Numbered from the stretch's first letter, positions 39,746-54,262 are shown. The stretch: 64,000 nucleotides of DNA from Octopus vulgaris (GCA_951406725.2 OX597816.1:44764001-44828000), one strand, 5' to 3'. Numbers and translations are program-made. Notes: a model not told the origin generated them from the letters alone.

Positions 39746-39774
39746 TAATTTTGTTACATGAGCAGTAACTTCGG

Positions 39775-39935
39775 GGAGGTGACTAGTCGATTACATCGAC
39801 CCAAGTACTTGAATGGTACTTAATTTATCGACCCCGAAAGGATGAAAGGCAAAATCAAACCTTGGAACAATTTGAACCTAGAACGTAGCGGCTAAAAATT
39901 TCACCCGGCTGGATAACGATTCTGCCAGCCCGCCG
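39775..39935 (-). mobile_element. SINE family C
   Basis: AGTCGATTACATCGACCC...ACGATTCTGCCAGCCCGCC. Confidence 0.75.
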
Positions 39936-39939
39936 TGTT

Positions 39940-39972
39940 AGTAATAACAATAATAATAACAATAATATTAAC

Positions 39973-40047
<75 letters not shown>

Positions 40048-40054
40048 CATGATA

Positions 40055-40117
<63 letters not shown>
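39940..40117. repeat. (AAT)n-TCATGA-(ATT)n inverted microsatellite
   Basis: The repeat switches strand at 40047-40052. Confidence 0.9.
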
Positions 40118-40119
<2 letters not shown>

Positions 40120-40254
40120 TATGTTTGCGACAAGGGCAGCTACGTGAGAGTTAGGGATGAGCCGATTACATGAAACCCAGAGCTCAGCTGGTACTCATTT
40201 TATCGACCCTGAACGATAAAAGGTAAAGTAGACCTAATAATAATAATAGTAATG

Positions 40255-40305
<51 letters not shown>

Positions 40306-40333
40306 GTAGTAGTAGTAGTAATAATAATAATAA

Positions 40334-40404
<71 letters not shown>

Positions 40405-40440
40405 ATACGAAGAAGAAGAAGAAGAAGAAGAAGAAGAAGA

Positions 40441-40508
40441 AAGGTACACAGAAAAAACAAGGAGAGAAAAAAATGTGTGTAGTGGCTAACGATCTATCAT
40501 GGCGACTG
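40441..40508 (-). mobile_element. hammerhead mini-element, 5' fragment
   Basis: Matches 42401-42467 (ACACAGAAAA..AACAAGGAGAGAAAAAAATG..GCTAACG.TCTATCATGGCG). Confidence 0.75.
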
Positions 40509-40585
<77 letters not shown>

Positions 40586-41602
40586 ATTATTATTATTATT
40601 ATATTTCGGAATGGTCATTTTGCCAGTTTAGCCAATCTTGCACAACAAATATATAAACGTATATATATATATATATATACATATATGCTTTTATATATGT
40701 ATATATGTAGGTGTGTGTGAGTGTATGTGTGTCTGTCTGGCAGTCTATGTATGTTGAAAGCATTCATATACAACCCACGTGTCATTTCTCACCAACATTA
40801 ATTGAAATAGAACTGAAAGTGTATTTTTGGTTTGCCAGCTCCTTATCAATGATCCATAAATATCTCCTTCGTCGAGTATCTTTCTTAATTCGTTGATATC
40901 AGTAGACAGTTAGCTTCCATAAGTTGTGGTTCCAGACAATATCAAGTTGGTTCTGTTTTAATCCCATTATTTTGTTAATATATTCATTCATTTATTTATT
41001 TATTTATTTTAGGATCTTTTTTTATGTTTTATCTTTTTCTTGTTTCAGTCATTACATTACAGTAATGCTGGGGCACCGCCTTGAAGTTTTCTTTTTTTTC
41101 TTTTGGAATACCAGATTTTCAAACAACAATCCCAAAGGTGCGTTCGTTTGAGGAAAACCCTTCAAGGGGATGCTTCTACCTGGCCGCAGTCTAATGACAG
41201 AAGCAAGTAAAAGACACGTGATAGACGATAACCCAGAACAACCTCCCAAGTTATTTAGCGTTTTGTATCTTTTATGGTAGTGCTAAGTAAAATTCCCTCA
41301 ATGCTCATTGGATTGAGATCAGTGTTAGATTTTATTCCCTGGCTCTCTCCGTGTTCATTAGATATCCTAATGATATTACACATATCTTCTTGCTGGAAAA
41401 CGTGATGAGGCTAGCAGTTCGTGATTATTTTTCCACTGCAAGTAATGTTGCTGAAGTTACATGATTTAGGTGTTACAAGACACCAACATAGATTTAAAGC
41501 CATGTCCGCACCCTCCTAGGGAAGGAAAAATAAGATATCTGTATATGTATGCATGTATGTATGAACGTGTGTGTGTATATGTATGTACATGTGCATATAA
41601 AC

Positions 41603-41666
<64 letters not shown>

Positions 41667-41709
41667 ATATATATATATATAAATATATATATGCATATAT
41701 GTATATATG

Positions 41710-41751
<42 letters not shown>

Positions 41752-41850
41752 TTGTATGTACGTATGCCCCTACGTACAAACACACACACGCACACACACA
41801 CACAAATATATATATAATATGGGTGTGTACATATTCAGACATTTAGTAAT

Positions 41851-42622
41851 TTACTTGTTTCTGACATTTGACTGCAGCCAATTTAGAACACCGCCTTTAG
41901 TCGAAAAAATCGACCCCATAACTTATTCTTTGTAAGCATAGTACTTATCCTATCGGTCTCTTTGCCGAACCACTAGGTTATGGGTACGTAAACACAGCAA
42001 CATAGGTTGTCAAGCCACTGTGGAGAGGGACATGCACAGACACACACACACACAAATACATGCATATATATATATATATATATTATTTATTTATTTATTT
42101 ATTTATACACATACTGATATATGACCTACGTTGGACTCTTCATTCGCATAATTACCGAACCTGGAGCTTATCTGTAGTCTGTCCCTAGCACTTACTCAGC
42201 ATTACCTGACACCTTTGCATTATATTGACACCATTACCTCTCATAACCTATATGTGTGTGTATATATATAACGGGAAGGTTTACGAAAATAAACAAAAGA
42301 CGAAGGCAGGTGGAGTACAAACAAACAAATGTATTAGTATGGCGCTCAGGAATAGAAATAGAAGAAGTCTTTTACGTTTCGAGCCTACGCTCTTCGACAG
42401 AAAGATACACAGAAAAGAAACAAGGAGAGAAAAAAATGCGTGTAAGAGCTAACGGTCTATCATGGCGTTATACACGTCGGGCTTCTTTCAGTTTCCGTCT
42501 ACCAAATACACTCACAAGGCTTTGGTCGGCCCGAAGCTATAGTAGAAGACACTTACCCAAGGTGCCACGCAGTGGAACTGAACTCCGAACCATGTGGCTG
42601 GGAAGCAACCTTCTTACCACAG
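41851..42622 (-). mobile_element. SINE family A split at its internal microsatellite by inserted DNA
   Basis: 3' half at 41851-42058 and 5' half at 42470-42622, in the same orientation. Confidence 0.75.
42266..42470 (-). mobile_element. ~200-bp hammerhead mini-element
   Basis: Minus 42405-42368: UCUUU CUGUCGA A GAGC GUAG GCUC GAAAC GUA/ AAAGA. Confidence 0.7.
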
Positions 42623-43195
42623 AGTGGATTTGTTAGAATGAAATTGAAAACTCATCATATGTGTGCATGTGTATGTGTTAACGTGTTTGTGCGTGTGTAT
42701 TTGCTTCTATGAGTGTCTTTGTGCTTTTGTCAGTTCCCAGTTCCCACATCACTCGTCAACCGGCATTGGTTTGTTTACATCCGCGTAACCTTATTCTTAC
42801 GACCTGTTTTGACCAACTACTAAGTACTGGACTCAAATGTAAAACTGAGGATGATTTGTTTCACTAAAATCCTTCAAAGTGGTCGTCCCAGAATGGTCGT
42901 AGTCCAATGACTGAAACAAGATAAAGATATTAGTCTCAACCATCTCTCTAGTGCCATGCTAGACAAACACACAATACACAAATGCATACATACATACACA
43001 AACATACATACTTACGTACGTACATATATACAAATATGTGTGTGCGTATGTGTGTGTGTGAGAGTATGAGTCAGGCTGTGTGCGCATGCGCGTACGTTTT
43101 AGTTGTGTATTGATTACAACGTTATTTTATTTCTACTCTGAGGGTGCAGGGAAAAGCTAATAATAAAAAGACGAATAAAAACAACAAAAACCAAC

Positions 43196-43251
<56 letters not shown>

Positions 43252-43562
43252 TAATAATAACAATAACAATAATACAACGTGAAGGCAAATAGAATTCGCA
43301 GAAACTATAAGCGACACACAAAAAAAATTTGAAATAAGAAGTGACTGAAATAAAGAATTATATGCAGAAAATTCAGGGAATGGATTGAAAACATTGGTTC
43401 AAGTCTTGTAAAAGAATGGAATGCGTTCAAAGGTGACTACATCAATGTTTGTCTAGTAAGTAAAGGGAACAAAAGATTCGATTTCAATATATACAAATGT
43501 ATGGCGCTGAATAGCGATCGTATATATATATATATATGATTGTAGATCAATGTACGTGCATG

Positions 43563-43609
<47 letters not shown>

Positions 43610-43778
43610 ATATGTATATATTTATATATATATATATGTATATATGTATATATGTATATATATATATATATATATGCATATATGTATATATATATATATG
43701 TGTGTGTATGTATCAATGAATATAATATATGTGTGTGTGTGTGTATGTATATACTTACATATTGATATATATACGAAA

Positions 43779-43816
<38 letters not shown>

Positions 43817-43866
43817 GTACAAGGAACAAAAGAATTAATTCCAATACATACAAATATGACGTTCAA

Positions 43867-43904
<38 letters not shown>

Positions 43905-43997
43905 TATACCTACAGAAGTAATGTATGTGTAAATATAATTATGGCATAGATAGATAGGTAAGCAGACAGCAGATAGATAGATCGATAGATAGATAGT

Positions 43998-44091
<94 letters not shown>

Positions 44092-44160
44092 CATACATAC
44101 ATAGATAGACAGACAGACAGATAGACAGACAGACAGACAGACACATAGATAGATAGATAA

Positions 44161-44230
<70 letters not shown>

Positions 44231-44354
44231 TATAAAACTGACTGAAAAATAGCCTGAGGTCTAATGAAAAAAACAGTGCGACGAAATAAAATGATATATA
44301 CACATATATACACGCACACACATATAGACAAATACAAACACAGATATATACATA

Positions 44355-44412
<58 letters not shown>

Positions 44413-44642
44413 CTCAGTCTCCCCATATCGCTTATATATACATACATGTGAGCCTCTATATATATATATATTTGTTTTGTTACACAACAAACAAAAACAA
44501 ACGGTCTACAGACTTTCTAAAATATACACGCACATCACGTGCAAGCGCATTCGCACACAGGCACATATACATACATACATGCATACATACATACATACAT
44601 ACATACATACATACATGCATACATACATACATACATACATAT

Positions 44643-44673
<31 letters not shown>

Positions 44674-44683
44674 CATACATACA

Positions 44684-44717
<34 letters not shown>

Positions 44718-44787
44718 CATACATACATACATGCATACATACATACATACATACATACATACATACATACATACATACATACATACA

Positions 44788-44823
<36 letters not shown>

Positions 44824-44836
44824 CATAAATACATAC

Positions 44837-44907
<71 letters not shown>

Positions 44908-45362
44908 CGCGCATATATATTGTTTAAAAAGTATATAGACATGCACCAAATGGGTATGTACGTGCGCTCGTGCACACAATTTGATTCTGAAGCCATTACA
45001 TCGATCTATTTTAGACAATTGAAATCTGACGATTTTGCCATTGAAAAAAAATATATCAATTCATATTTGAAAAGAAACTTTTAACAAAATTACGAAAACA
45101 CAGACACACTGACACACGCAAATGTGTATTTAAGTTTATTTACGCATTTATAGACATACACACACATATGTATGTATATATATATATATGCGTTGATATA
45201 TATGTATGAATACATGAGCTTATATGAATATGTATATGTGTGTGTATATGTATGTGTATGGACATCAATATATACTATATATTCATATGCATACATGCAT
45301 GTATTCTTGTATCTACCTACCTCCATCTTCCCACCTCTCTTCCCTCTGTCTCTCTCTCTCTT

Positions 45363-45412
<50 letters not shown>

Positions 45413-45528
45413 TACACAACTAAATACATACATACATGCACAAATATGCAATTATATATTCATTAATATATTTCTATGTATATAAATATGTGTATATGCG
45501 TGTGTGTATACATATATATTACACATAC

Positions 45529-45600
<72 letters not shown>

Positions 45601-45947
45601 AATGGTCATATATATATATATATATATATAAATGGTCATATATATATACATCGATGTATCACTTAGAGAAATGGAATACCAATACCATAGTTACGTTGCA
45701 GTATAGTACAAAAGTAAGTTGGTAATGTAATTACTAAAATAGCTTTTGTATCATTTTACTTTTTCTATAAAATAATGTGTAGAAATGTTTTGGCTTGTGA
45801 GCTTTGGATTTTCAAAAGACTTGCAGCCCTCAACACCCTTTTATTTTACTGCATTACATTTTTTTTATATTGTTGATCGATAATGATGGGAGAGAGAAAA
45901 AAAAACTCATTAACTAGAAAGTTATTTTCATGAGCGAGAAAACATTG

Positions 45948-45999
<52 letters not shown>

Positions 46000-46032
46000 A
46001 AGACATACATAACGATATCTATCATATCATAC

Positions 46033-46098
<66 letters not shown>

Positions 46099-46258
46099 AA
46101 TAATACATTAAGGAGAATATATGTATGTAGTTTGTATGTCTTGTCGTATGCATACATGTGTCTTAGGTATATGTGTGTGCGTGTGTATTAGTCTATACTT
46201 ATGTGTGTGTGTTTTCGCGTATGCATATGTGTGTGTGTGTATAATTATATACAGTGTG

Positions 46259-46326
<68 letters not shown>

Positions 46327-47501
46327 TGTGTATATATATATATATAAATACATATGTATATTTATATATACACATGCATTTATAGGTATATATTCAACCA
46401 CCCATGTACGCCCGTCCGCGCGTACACACACATACACACATACACACGCACACATACATAAATATATAGATCTGGAAGCTATACAAAACAGATTTATAAT
46501 ATTTTTATGAAAGTTTAGACCATCATTCAATTAATGTGGGAATATTTTCAGAACTGAAAAAAAAAAAAAAAAAGAAGAAAAAAAAAGAAAAAAGAAGAAA
46601 AAAAAGAAAAAAGAAGAAAAAAATTGTGTCCAGAGCAAAGAAAAATGATTATTTATTGTTGAAAATTACCGTAAACATCCTGGTAGATGTTTAAAATTCT
46701 CAGTCTTAAAATTCTTGTGATAGGCTCCCTCCTTGACGTATCATTTTCATTTGTATCAATTGTCTGCCAAAAAATGTGATAAAACTTCTCCGATTACATT
46801 CGTCGTAAGCCGAAGAGACAAATCGAGAAGGGAAATTTTTTTATTTTCCGTTGTTTCCAATCACTTTTGTCTTCTTATATTCAAATGTACTCCGCAAAAA
46901 TATCTTTTGAAAATAATTTTGTCATGAACTCGGGAAGAGCTAACTGTATTTAAAATTCTTGTATGAAAAAGTTTCAGGCAATGTATTATTAGGTAAGAAT
47001 AAGAAATAAATATAAAAGCTGTACAATACAAAATTATATGATTATATCAGTAATTAAAGCCATTGAACGATGTGTTTTAGCATTTCCGAATTCCAATGAC
47101 TCAAGCCACTAAAAATAATGAAAAGACACAAAATAATAGATCAGTTACTGGCCATGCGACTAATAAGGCTGCAGCCCAACTAAATAGACACCCGTCTGTG
47201 GCAAGGTTTATTTCCAGGATATAAAGTGAACTGGAGCAACATCAAAATGAAGCATTTTGCTCAAAAACATGACACAGCGCCCGATTCACTAATCGAAACT
47301 ACTAACTTACGATGGTGAGTGCTCCGCCTCTAACCATTTAGCCATGAATCTTTAGAATATAAACTTAGGTAAACTAATCTAACCTTCAACTAGTGTCTCC
47401 AAGTCTATGCTTAACTTAATTGCAGTTCCGGGTGGATAATATTTTTTTATTTATTCTAGCGTTGATTTTGGTGTCGATTGCTGTAACCACTGTTATTGCT
47501 G

Positions 47502-47502
47502 G

Positions 47503-47546
<44 letters not shown>

Positions 47547-47602
47547 GCTGCTGCTGCTGCTGCTGCTTTTGTTGTTGTTTTTGCTGCTGCTGCTGCTGCT
47601 GC

Positions 47603-47645
<43 letters not shown>
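47502..47645. repeat. (TTG)n/(CTG)n microsatellite
   Basis: Directly visible. Confidence 0.95.
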
Positions 47646-48289
47646 AAGCAACAAGACGAGTAAGTGTGATTAGGTGATGGTCTAGGGCTTAGGGACGGGA
47701 GACCCCGGACCTTGGAAAATAAAATCTTTGGTCGTCTTGTTGCAGTCGAGGGCTCTTCGTTGACGCCCGACACCACTAGGAGATGGCCCCTCGAAGTCGC
47801 TGGAAATGGAGATCTCCTGATCCAAATTCTTGAACGGCTGTTGTTGCTGGTGGTAATAATGGTAACAATATTTTATTTGTCCAAAAATGTTCACGAACTG
47901 ATTTTCTTAGTTACGACACTTGTTCGATTTTGTTTTATTGGTTTTTTTTTTAAGATTGTAAACACACTTGGAAGATGTGTTGCCCATTACTTGCTTCTTG
48001 TATATGTGTTGTCCATAACTTGCTTGTATATCTTCACCAAATCAGAATGTTTCCACCACTGACTATGTTATATATATGAGAAGCGAGAAACTCAAGGAAG
48101 AGCTGAGCCTAAGGGGGTCTTTATAGTGATTGAATGTTTATGCTGCTCCTTTGCTCACTCTCTACATGAAATCAACATTACCAGTATAGGTGCACTGCGT
48201 GCCACATGTCATAATCGATGTGGCTTCATACATACGAATATACATGCGTACATAAATACACAAAATGCACATGACTCCACACAACGCAT

Positions 48290-48548
48290 GCACTAGGCTG
48301 CTTGTACACATACACCTGCGACGATTTCATCTCAATCAAAGGAAAGGAGCTTTCTCCGTCTGGGTTGCGGATCCGTGGAACAAGCTGCCAGACGAGATGG
48401 TGAAGATGCCGACGACCGCTTTGTTCGAAGCCTCCCTTGACCTCAAGTGGCCTGAACTCTTTACATGAACACCACCCTGTACTTAACTCCATGTCCCCCT
48501 ACATGGCCTTGCTATTTGCTTTTGAGCCAAATTAACAAACTAACTAAC
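48290..48548 (+). pseudogene. CR1-group LINE 3' end
   Basis: RRFHLNQRKGAFSVWVADPWNKLPDEMV...FEASLD (F-S-x-R-V...WNxLP motif). (CTAA)n-like tail. Confidence 0.8.
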
Positions 48549-48999
48549 ATACACAGAGGCCCATGTGTTTGCACACACACATGATAACCCCACACATTCG
48601 TACACACGTCCTTACGCACACACACATACACACCAGTACAGGAAACTCGCACGACTCCTCATGATGAGCACACAAAGTTACTTATACGCACACACACATA
48701 CACACCAGTACAGGAAACTCACATGACTCCACATGTTGTGCACACAAAGTTACTTATACGCACACACACACACACGCACATACAGAGGTCCACATGATTT
48801 TCAGTTCGTCCATACATACATACTCACACACATGCCCCCGGTCACGGATCCACACTCACACATACCATTCTAAAATACACACGCGCCCTTGTGCAACCTC
48901 GTTCGACCGGGTCACCATTATTACCTCCATTTCATTCAAGCTCTTTCTTCTAAACATAGCATTATATTGAATTGTTATTCCCGACACATTTTTCTCTCT

Positions 49000-49182
49000 C
49001 CCTTCTTTTATGTTTTTTTTTTCTCATTCTCTCTTCATATCTTTCATCTTAATCATTTCTGCCGAAGAGCGTGGCCTTGAAACGTCGAAGACTTTTCCAT
49101 TCTTCCCGCTCTGTTAAACTAACGCACTTGCTTACTATTCCTATACCTGTCTTCGTCTTTTGTTTCCAGTAAATTTGAACTA
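49000..49182 (+). mobile_element. degenerate hammerhead mini-element
   Basis: CTGCCGAAGAGCGTGGCCTTGAAACGTCGAAGAC...ACCTGTCTTCGTCTTTTGTT, then (TACA)n. Homologous to 42266-42470. Confidence 0.6.
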
Positions 49183-49356
49183 CATACATACATAAAACAT
49201 ACATACATACATACATACATACATACATACATACATACATAATACATACATACATACATACATACATACAAACAAACATACATTCATACATACCTATTTA
49301 CATACATACACTCTCACGAACACACACACACACTCACACTTACATATATACATACG

Positions 49357-49697
49357 TCGGAGACTCCCCTCGGTCATAACAGACGATGGAATTGCACCTA
49401 GGAAGTTACCCTCCCAGGCACAAGTCCGGGCAAGGTTGTTTATGGAAAACCAGCAGTCGTCCATGCATACCGGCCTCCCCTCTCCACGCCACCTGTGTTA
49501 TCCAAGGGAAAGGGAAAGGGGTTGATACAGCTTGGCACCTGTGACGTCGCAACTCATTTCTAAGGCTGAGTGAACTGGAGCAACGTGAAAAAAAGTGTCT
49601 TGATCAAGAACACAACACGCAGCCCGGTCCGGGATTTGAACTCACAACTTCACGATCGTGAGCTCGACGTTCTAACCACTGAGCCATGCGCCTTCAC
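49357..49697 (-). mobile_element. SINE family B, head H1 + tail T3
   Basis: GTGAAGGCGCATGGCTCAGTGGTTAG head with a distinct tail (AAACAACCTTGCCCGGACTTGTG...GACCGAGGGG). Confidence 0.8.
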
Positions 49698-49981
49698 TAT
49701 ACCTATACACATACATGCATACATACATGCATACGTATAGACGTGCATACATACATACATACATACATACATACATACATACATACATACATACATACAT
49801 ACATACATACATACATACATACATACATACATACATACATACATACATACGTACACCAGCACTCATTCCAGTCCTGGTTTATAGAAAGTATGGAATAAAG
49901 TCGCATAAACCATCGGCCCCTTTTTTGAAGAAGAAAATAAGACGCCAGTGTTGTTTCTTTCTAGATGAAGAAAGACAACAC

Positions 49982-50379
49982 TTTTACTCTTTTACTCTTT
50001 TACTTGTTTCAGTCATTCGACTGCGGCCATGCTGGAGCACCGCCTTTAGTCGAGCAAATCGACCCCGGGACTTATTCTTTGTAAGCCCAGTACTTATTCT
50101 ATCGGTCTCTTTTGCCGAACCGCTAAGTTACCGGGACGTAAACACACCAGCATCGGTTGTCAAGCAATGCTTGGGGGACAAACACAGACACACAAACACA
50201 CATACATATATATATACATATATACGACAGGCTTCTTTCAGTTTCCATCTACCAAATCCACTCACAAGGCATTAGTCGGCCCGGGGCTATAGCAGAAGAC
50301 CCTTGCCCAAGGTGCCACGCATTGGGACTGAACCCGAACCATGTGGTTGGTTAGCAAGCTACTTACCACACAGCCACTC
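49982..50379 (-). mobile_element. SINE family A
   Basis: Near-identical to 22386-22787. Confidence 0.9.
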
Positions 50380-50496
50380 ATTTGATGCAAGCAACCATTT
50401 TTTATATATCAAGCTATATGACTTCTACACATTTATAAATCTCATATAACAATACATACAAATGTGCAGTTCCATATCTAAGAGATGAAGAATTAT

Positions 50497-50657
50497 TTAC
50501 ATTATTTACATTATTTAAATTTGACGGATATTTGTCCTTATCTTCTTTGTTGTTAACACAAACGTTTCGGCTGATGAAGGCTGGAGGGTATATCAGCCGA
50601 AACGTGTTAACAACAAACAAGATAAGGACAAATATCCGTCAAATGTAAATAATGTAC
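50497..50657. mobile_element. fold-back element with a central hammerhead core
   Basis: ~65-bp inverted arms around CTGATGA A GGCTG..CAGCC GAAAC (50571-50603). Confidence 0.7.
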
Positions 50658-50663
50658 ATACAA

Positions 50664-51095
50664 ATGTGGTTGTGTGGAAAGGAGCTTGCCTCCCAACCAC
50701 ATGGTTCCGGGTTCAGTCCCACTGCGTGGTACCTTGGACCTTGGGCGAATGCATTCTACTGTAGTCTCAGGCCGACCAAAGCCTTGTGAGTGGATTTGGT
50801 ACACGGGAACTGGAAGCCCATCATATATATATATATATATATATATAAAAGCACACACACATATATATATATACATACATGTGTGTGTGTGTGTGTGTGC
50901 GTGTGTGTGTGTGTGTGTGTGTATCCCCGCCATCCCTTGATAACCGATGCTGGTGTGCTTATGTCCCCGTAATTTAGCGGTTCGTCGAAAGAGTACGATA
51001 GAATAAGTACTAGCCTTACAAAGAATAAGTCCTGGGGTCGATTTCTTCGACTAACATCTCTTAAGGTGGTGCTCCAGCATGGCCTCAGTCAAGTA
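50664..51095 (+). mobile_element. SINE family A, diverged
   Basis: Head, internal microsatellite and tail match 12393-12791. Confidence 0.85.
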
Positions 51096-51297
51096 GAAGA
51101 AGAAAAGAAAATATATATTATTTAGATAAAGATAGTTATGGCTGCTTCATAGGGTTAGCCAGAGGTCGTAAAACTAAGCGCTTTACGTACTCAAAACCCC
51201 GGGAAACCTTATAAGCAAGCCGTAACAATCTTTATCTAAATCCTCTACTGCTCTATAACTTAGTGTGCTTCTCTTTTGAATCTGTGATTTACTGACG

Positions 51298-51366
<69 letters not shown>

Positions 51367-51546
51367 TGTGTGTATGTATATGTGTGTGTGTGTACGTACG
51401 TATGTACATGGAAACGTGCTCCAGGCTGTCTTACGTTAGTGTAACTATACACTGACCAAAGTGTTTTTTCTTAATGTAAAATCCTTGAAGTAACATACTT
51501 ACATACACACACACAGAGACACGCACACACGCATATATGTATAATG

Positions 51547-51586
<40 letters not shown>

Positions 51587-52270
51587 ACAGAGAGAGAAAG
51601 AGAGAAATAGCTAGCTAGCTAGATAGATAGATAGTACACACATATACACACATGTATGCAAACATATATATACATACTTTTGTGTGTGCGTGTATGCGTG
51701 TGTGTGTGTGTGTATGGGTGTGTGTGGGTGTGTGTGTGTGTGTGTGTTAGCTAACTCTTAGACATCATTACTTGTGTTTCTAATTAGATACGTCTAAGTT
51801 ACTTAAACTTTTTTAGTTAAACACATGCTTTTAAAATGAAAGTATATTTTTCCCCCTGGAGTAAAAATTTTAAAAATAGCATACAATATTTTAAGTAAAC
51901 TTCAATGCTTTTATTACTTTACCTATTTTTTCGAAAATTCTGCCGAGATTTTCTTTAGTTGCTCGAATTTCTGCCAAATCAGCAACTGCAAGAGAAAGTG
52001 AATTCAATAAAATCCATGGTGATAAGCACGAGTGAGGTTTTTGAAAAATGCGAAATTTACAACGAATGGAATAAGACAGGAAGTAGGCGTTACAGTGAAT
52101 GCTAACCATTGTTCAATTTGTTTAAAGAGGTCTGAAAGCTGTGTTTAATCATTTAAGATTTGACAATAGCAGTTCATTTTTATGAAGAAATATTCATGCT
52201 GGAATTTGTTTCTAGCTAACGACATTCATCGAAGACTTAACAGGAAGGTCGTATAGTTTTGGCTACAGAG

Positions 52271-52530
52271 TGGCACTCCGTCGGTTACAACGATGAGTGT
52301 TCCAGTTGATCCCATCAACGGAACAGCCTGCTCGTGAAATTAACGTGCAAGTGGATGAGCACTCTAGGGACACGTGTATCCTTAACGTAGTTCTCAGGGA
52401 GATTCAGCGTGATACACAGTGTGACGAGGCTGGCCCTTTAAAATACAGGTACTACTCATTTTTGCCAGCTGAGTGGACTTATTTTTGCCAGTTAAACAAC
52501 GTTAAATAAAGTGCTCAAGGACACAATGCA
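52271..52530 (-). mobile_element. SINE family B, H1 body + T1 tail, 5'-truncated
   Basis: Reverse match to 31740-31959. Confidence 0.8.
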
Positions 52531-52564
52531 TCGCAGGAGACCTTGCTGAAAAGAAGCCAGTCGT

Positions 52565-52675
<111 letters not shown>

Positions 52676-52732
52676 TATAGATACATACATACATACATAC
52701 ATACATACATACATACATACATACATACATAC

Positions 52733-53281
52733 ATGGTGGCTGCCCCCTCGTTATCGAGTATGGCCATTGCACGAAGCTTAATCAATGTTGTTATCGTGCA
52801 ATGCCTTTGCAAGAAGGTTTTTATTTGAAGTGAGGAAAGGCTGTGCACTGAGTCAATCCCACTCTTTAAGCAACAGCAGCCATAATCCGAAAAGAAGAAC
52901 AAGTCAACATCATCGGTAACCACTGAGCCGCAGGTTTTATGCCGGAGTTATCCCAGTTACTTGAGTTACCTTCTCCTATAAGGATGCCCTAACAAAAGCT
53001 AGGAGTCCTTCACTTTAACCACGCGATCGGGTATTCAGTCCGATTATTTCTATGTCCCCGCGCATGATACAGCCTTAAGACATTTATTGGATGGCCGTTG
53101 ACTCTCAAGAGTTCCTCCGCCTTTTGACGGGTTTTTGTTTTTCATTCCGCATGGTGTCCAATAAACACCCTCCTCACCAAGCAAGCTTGGTGGGGTTGCC
53201 AGTTTAGTCGCCAACGACCCGACCATGCAACAGGTTGTACTGGGTTACATGTTACCAGTAGCACTCGAAAGTGACCTGACA
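52733..53281 (-). mobile_element. non-autonomous RTE-like retroelement (family D), copy 2
   Basis: Aligns with 25427-25910. (TACA)n on both sides. Confidence 0.65.
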
Positions 53282-53309
53282 TACATACATACATACATAC
53301 ATACATACA

Positions 53310-53340
<31 letters not shown>

Positions 53341-53341
<1 letters not shown>

Positions 53342-54262
53342 CAGGCTGCGGTGAATATATTGTCGCCTAAATTACACAAAAATGAAAATGACACTGACAT
53401 CTCATTTTAACAGATATATTTACCAATTTGCATTAAAATATCTTGAAATACAAACGAGTAAATTTATTCAATAAAGTCGCTATTGGCTTAAACCACGACT
53501 TCGGAATCTGCTGCAACTTTTCTGGGCTGTCTTCTTGTTTAAGTTGGTGAATGCTGCCTTAATCCTTGCCTTCAGTTCCTCTTTGGTGTTACAAGGAATT
53601 TTGATGGTCTCTCGCTCAAATGCACTCCACACATAATAAGCAAGGGAGTTGCAGTCTGGGAAGTTAGGTTGCCAGATGATACGGGTGATGTGGTCGTAGA
53701 AATTGTCTGACATCCATAATTAGTTTCTCCTGCTTGTGTGGCATGGTGCAGAGTCCTGTTGCCAGATATAGGATCTTCTAACAGTTACCTTCTTGACCCA
53801 GAGCAGCACTACTTCCTCCAGGCACCTGATGTAGGCCTCCATGTTGAGTCTGAAGCCATGTGAGAAGATGAATGGAGGCATAATGTCACCATCACTAGTG
53901 ATCGCTCCAAACACCATGATGTTGACTGGCTATTTGATTTTTTGTCACTCTCGGTACATGTTTGGGAGACATGGCAAGCCAACGGTTGTTCTGTGTGTTC
54001 ACCATCTGATCATGGTAGAAATTTTCCTCGTCTGAGAAATGCCTAAGCATGTTCGGCTGGGGTGTGGTAGAGGATATTTGAGTTTGTTCAAAAGCTTCGT
54101 AGCGCGTTCTTTCTTCTTGTCTTTGATGGCTTGAGATAAGCATTAGCCCTTTCTCAGCTTGTATGAAGAATACTGAATGTCTTCATGCTCTACCTGCCTG
54201 ATAAGAAACTCAGACACTCCCATCTATCTGGCGATGGAGTTGATTGACTTGGAAGAATCACT
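53341..54262 (-). mobile_element. maT (DD37D) Tc1/mariner transposon relic
   Basis: FSDE, then QQDSAPCH...WQPNFPDCNSLAYYVW. Reading through one in-frame stop gives 37 residues between the QQD aspartate and the position of the third D (mutated to A). TA+CAGGCTG terminus at 53341. Confidence 0.85.

Noticed and set aside
47648-47830. HDV-like ribozyme
   Set aside because: I could not assemble the nested P1/P1.1/P2/P3 pseudoknot on either strand by eye.
51959-52031. possible exon TTTTCTTTAG|...|GTGAGG
   Set aside because: Splice-like signals only, no recognisable peptide, and such sites are common by chance.
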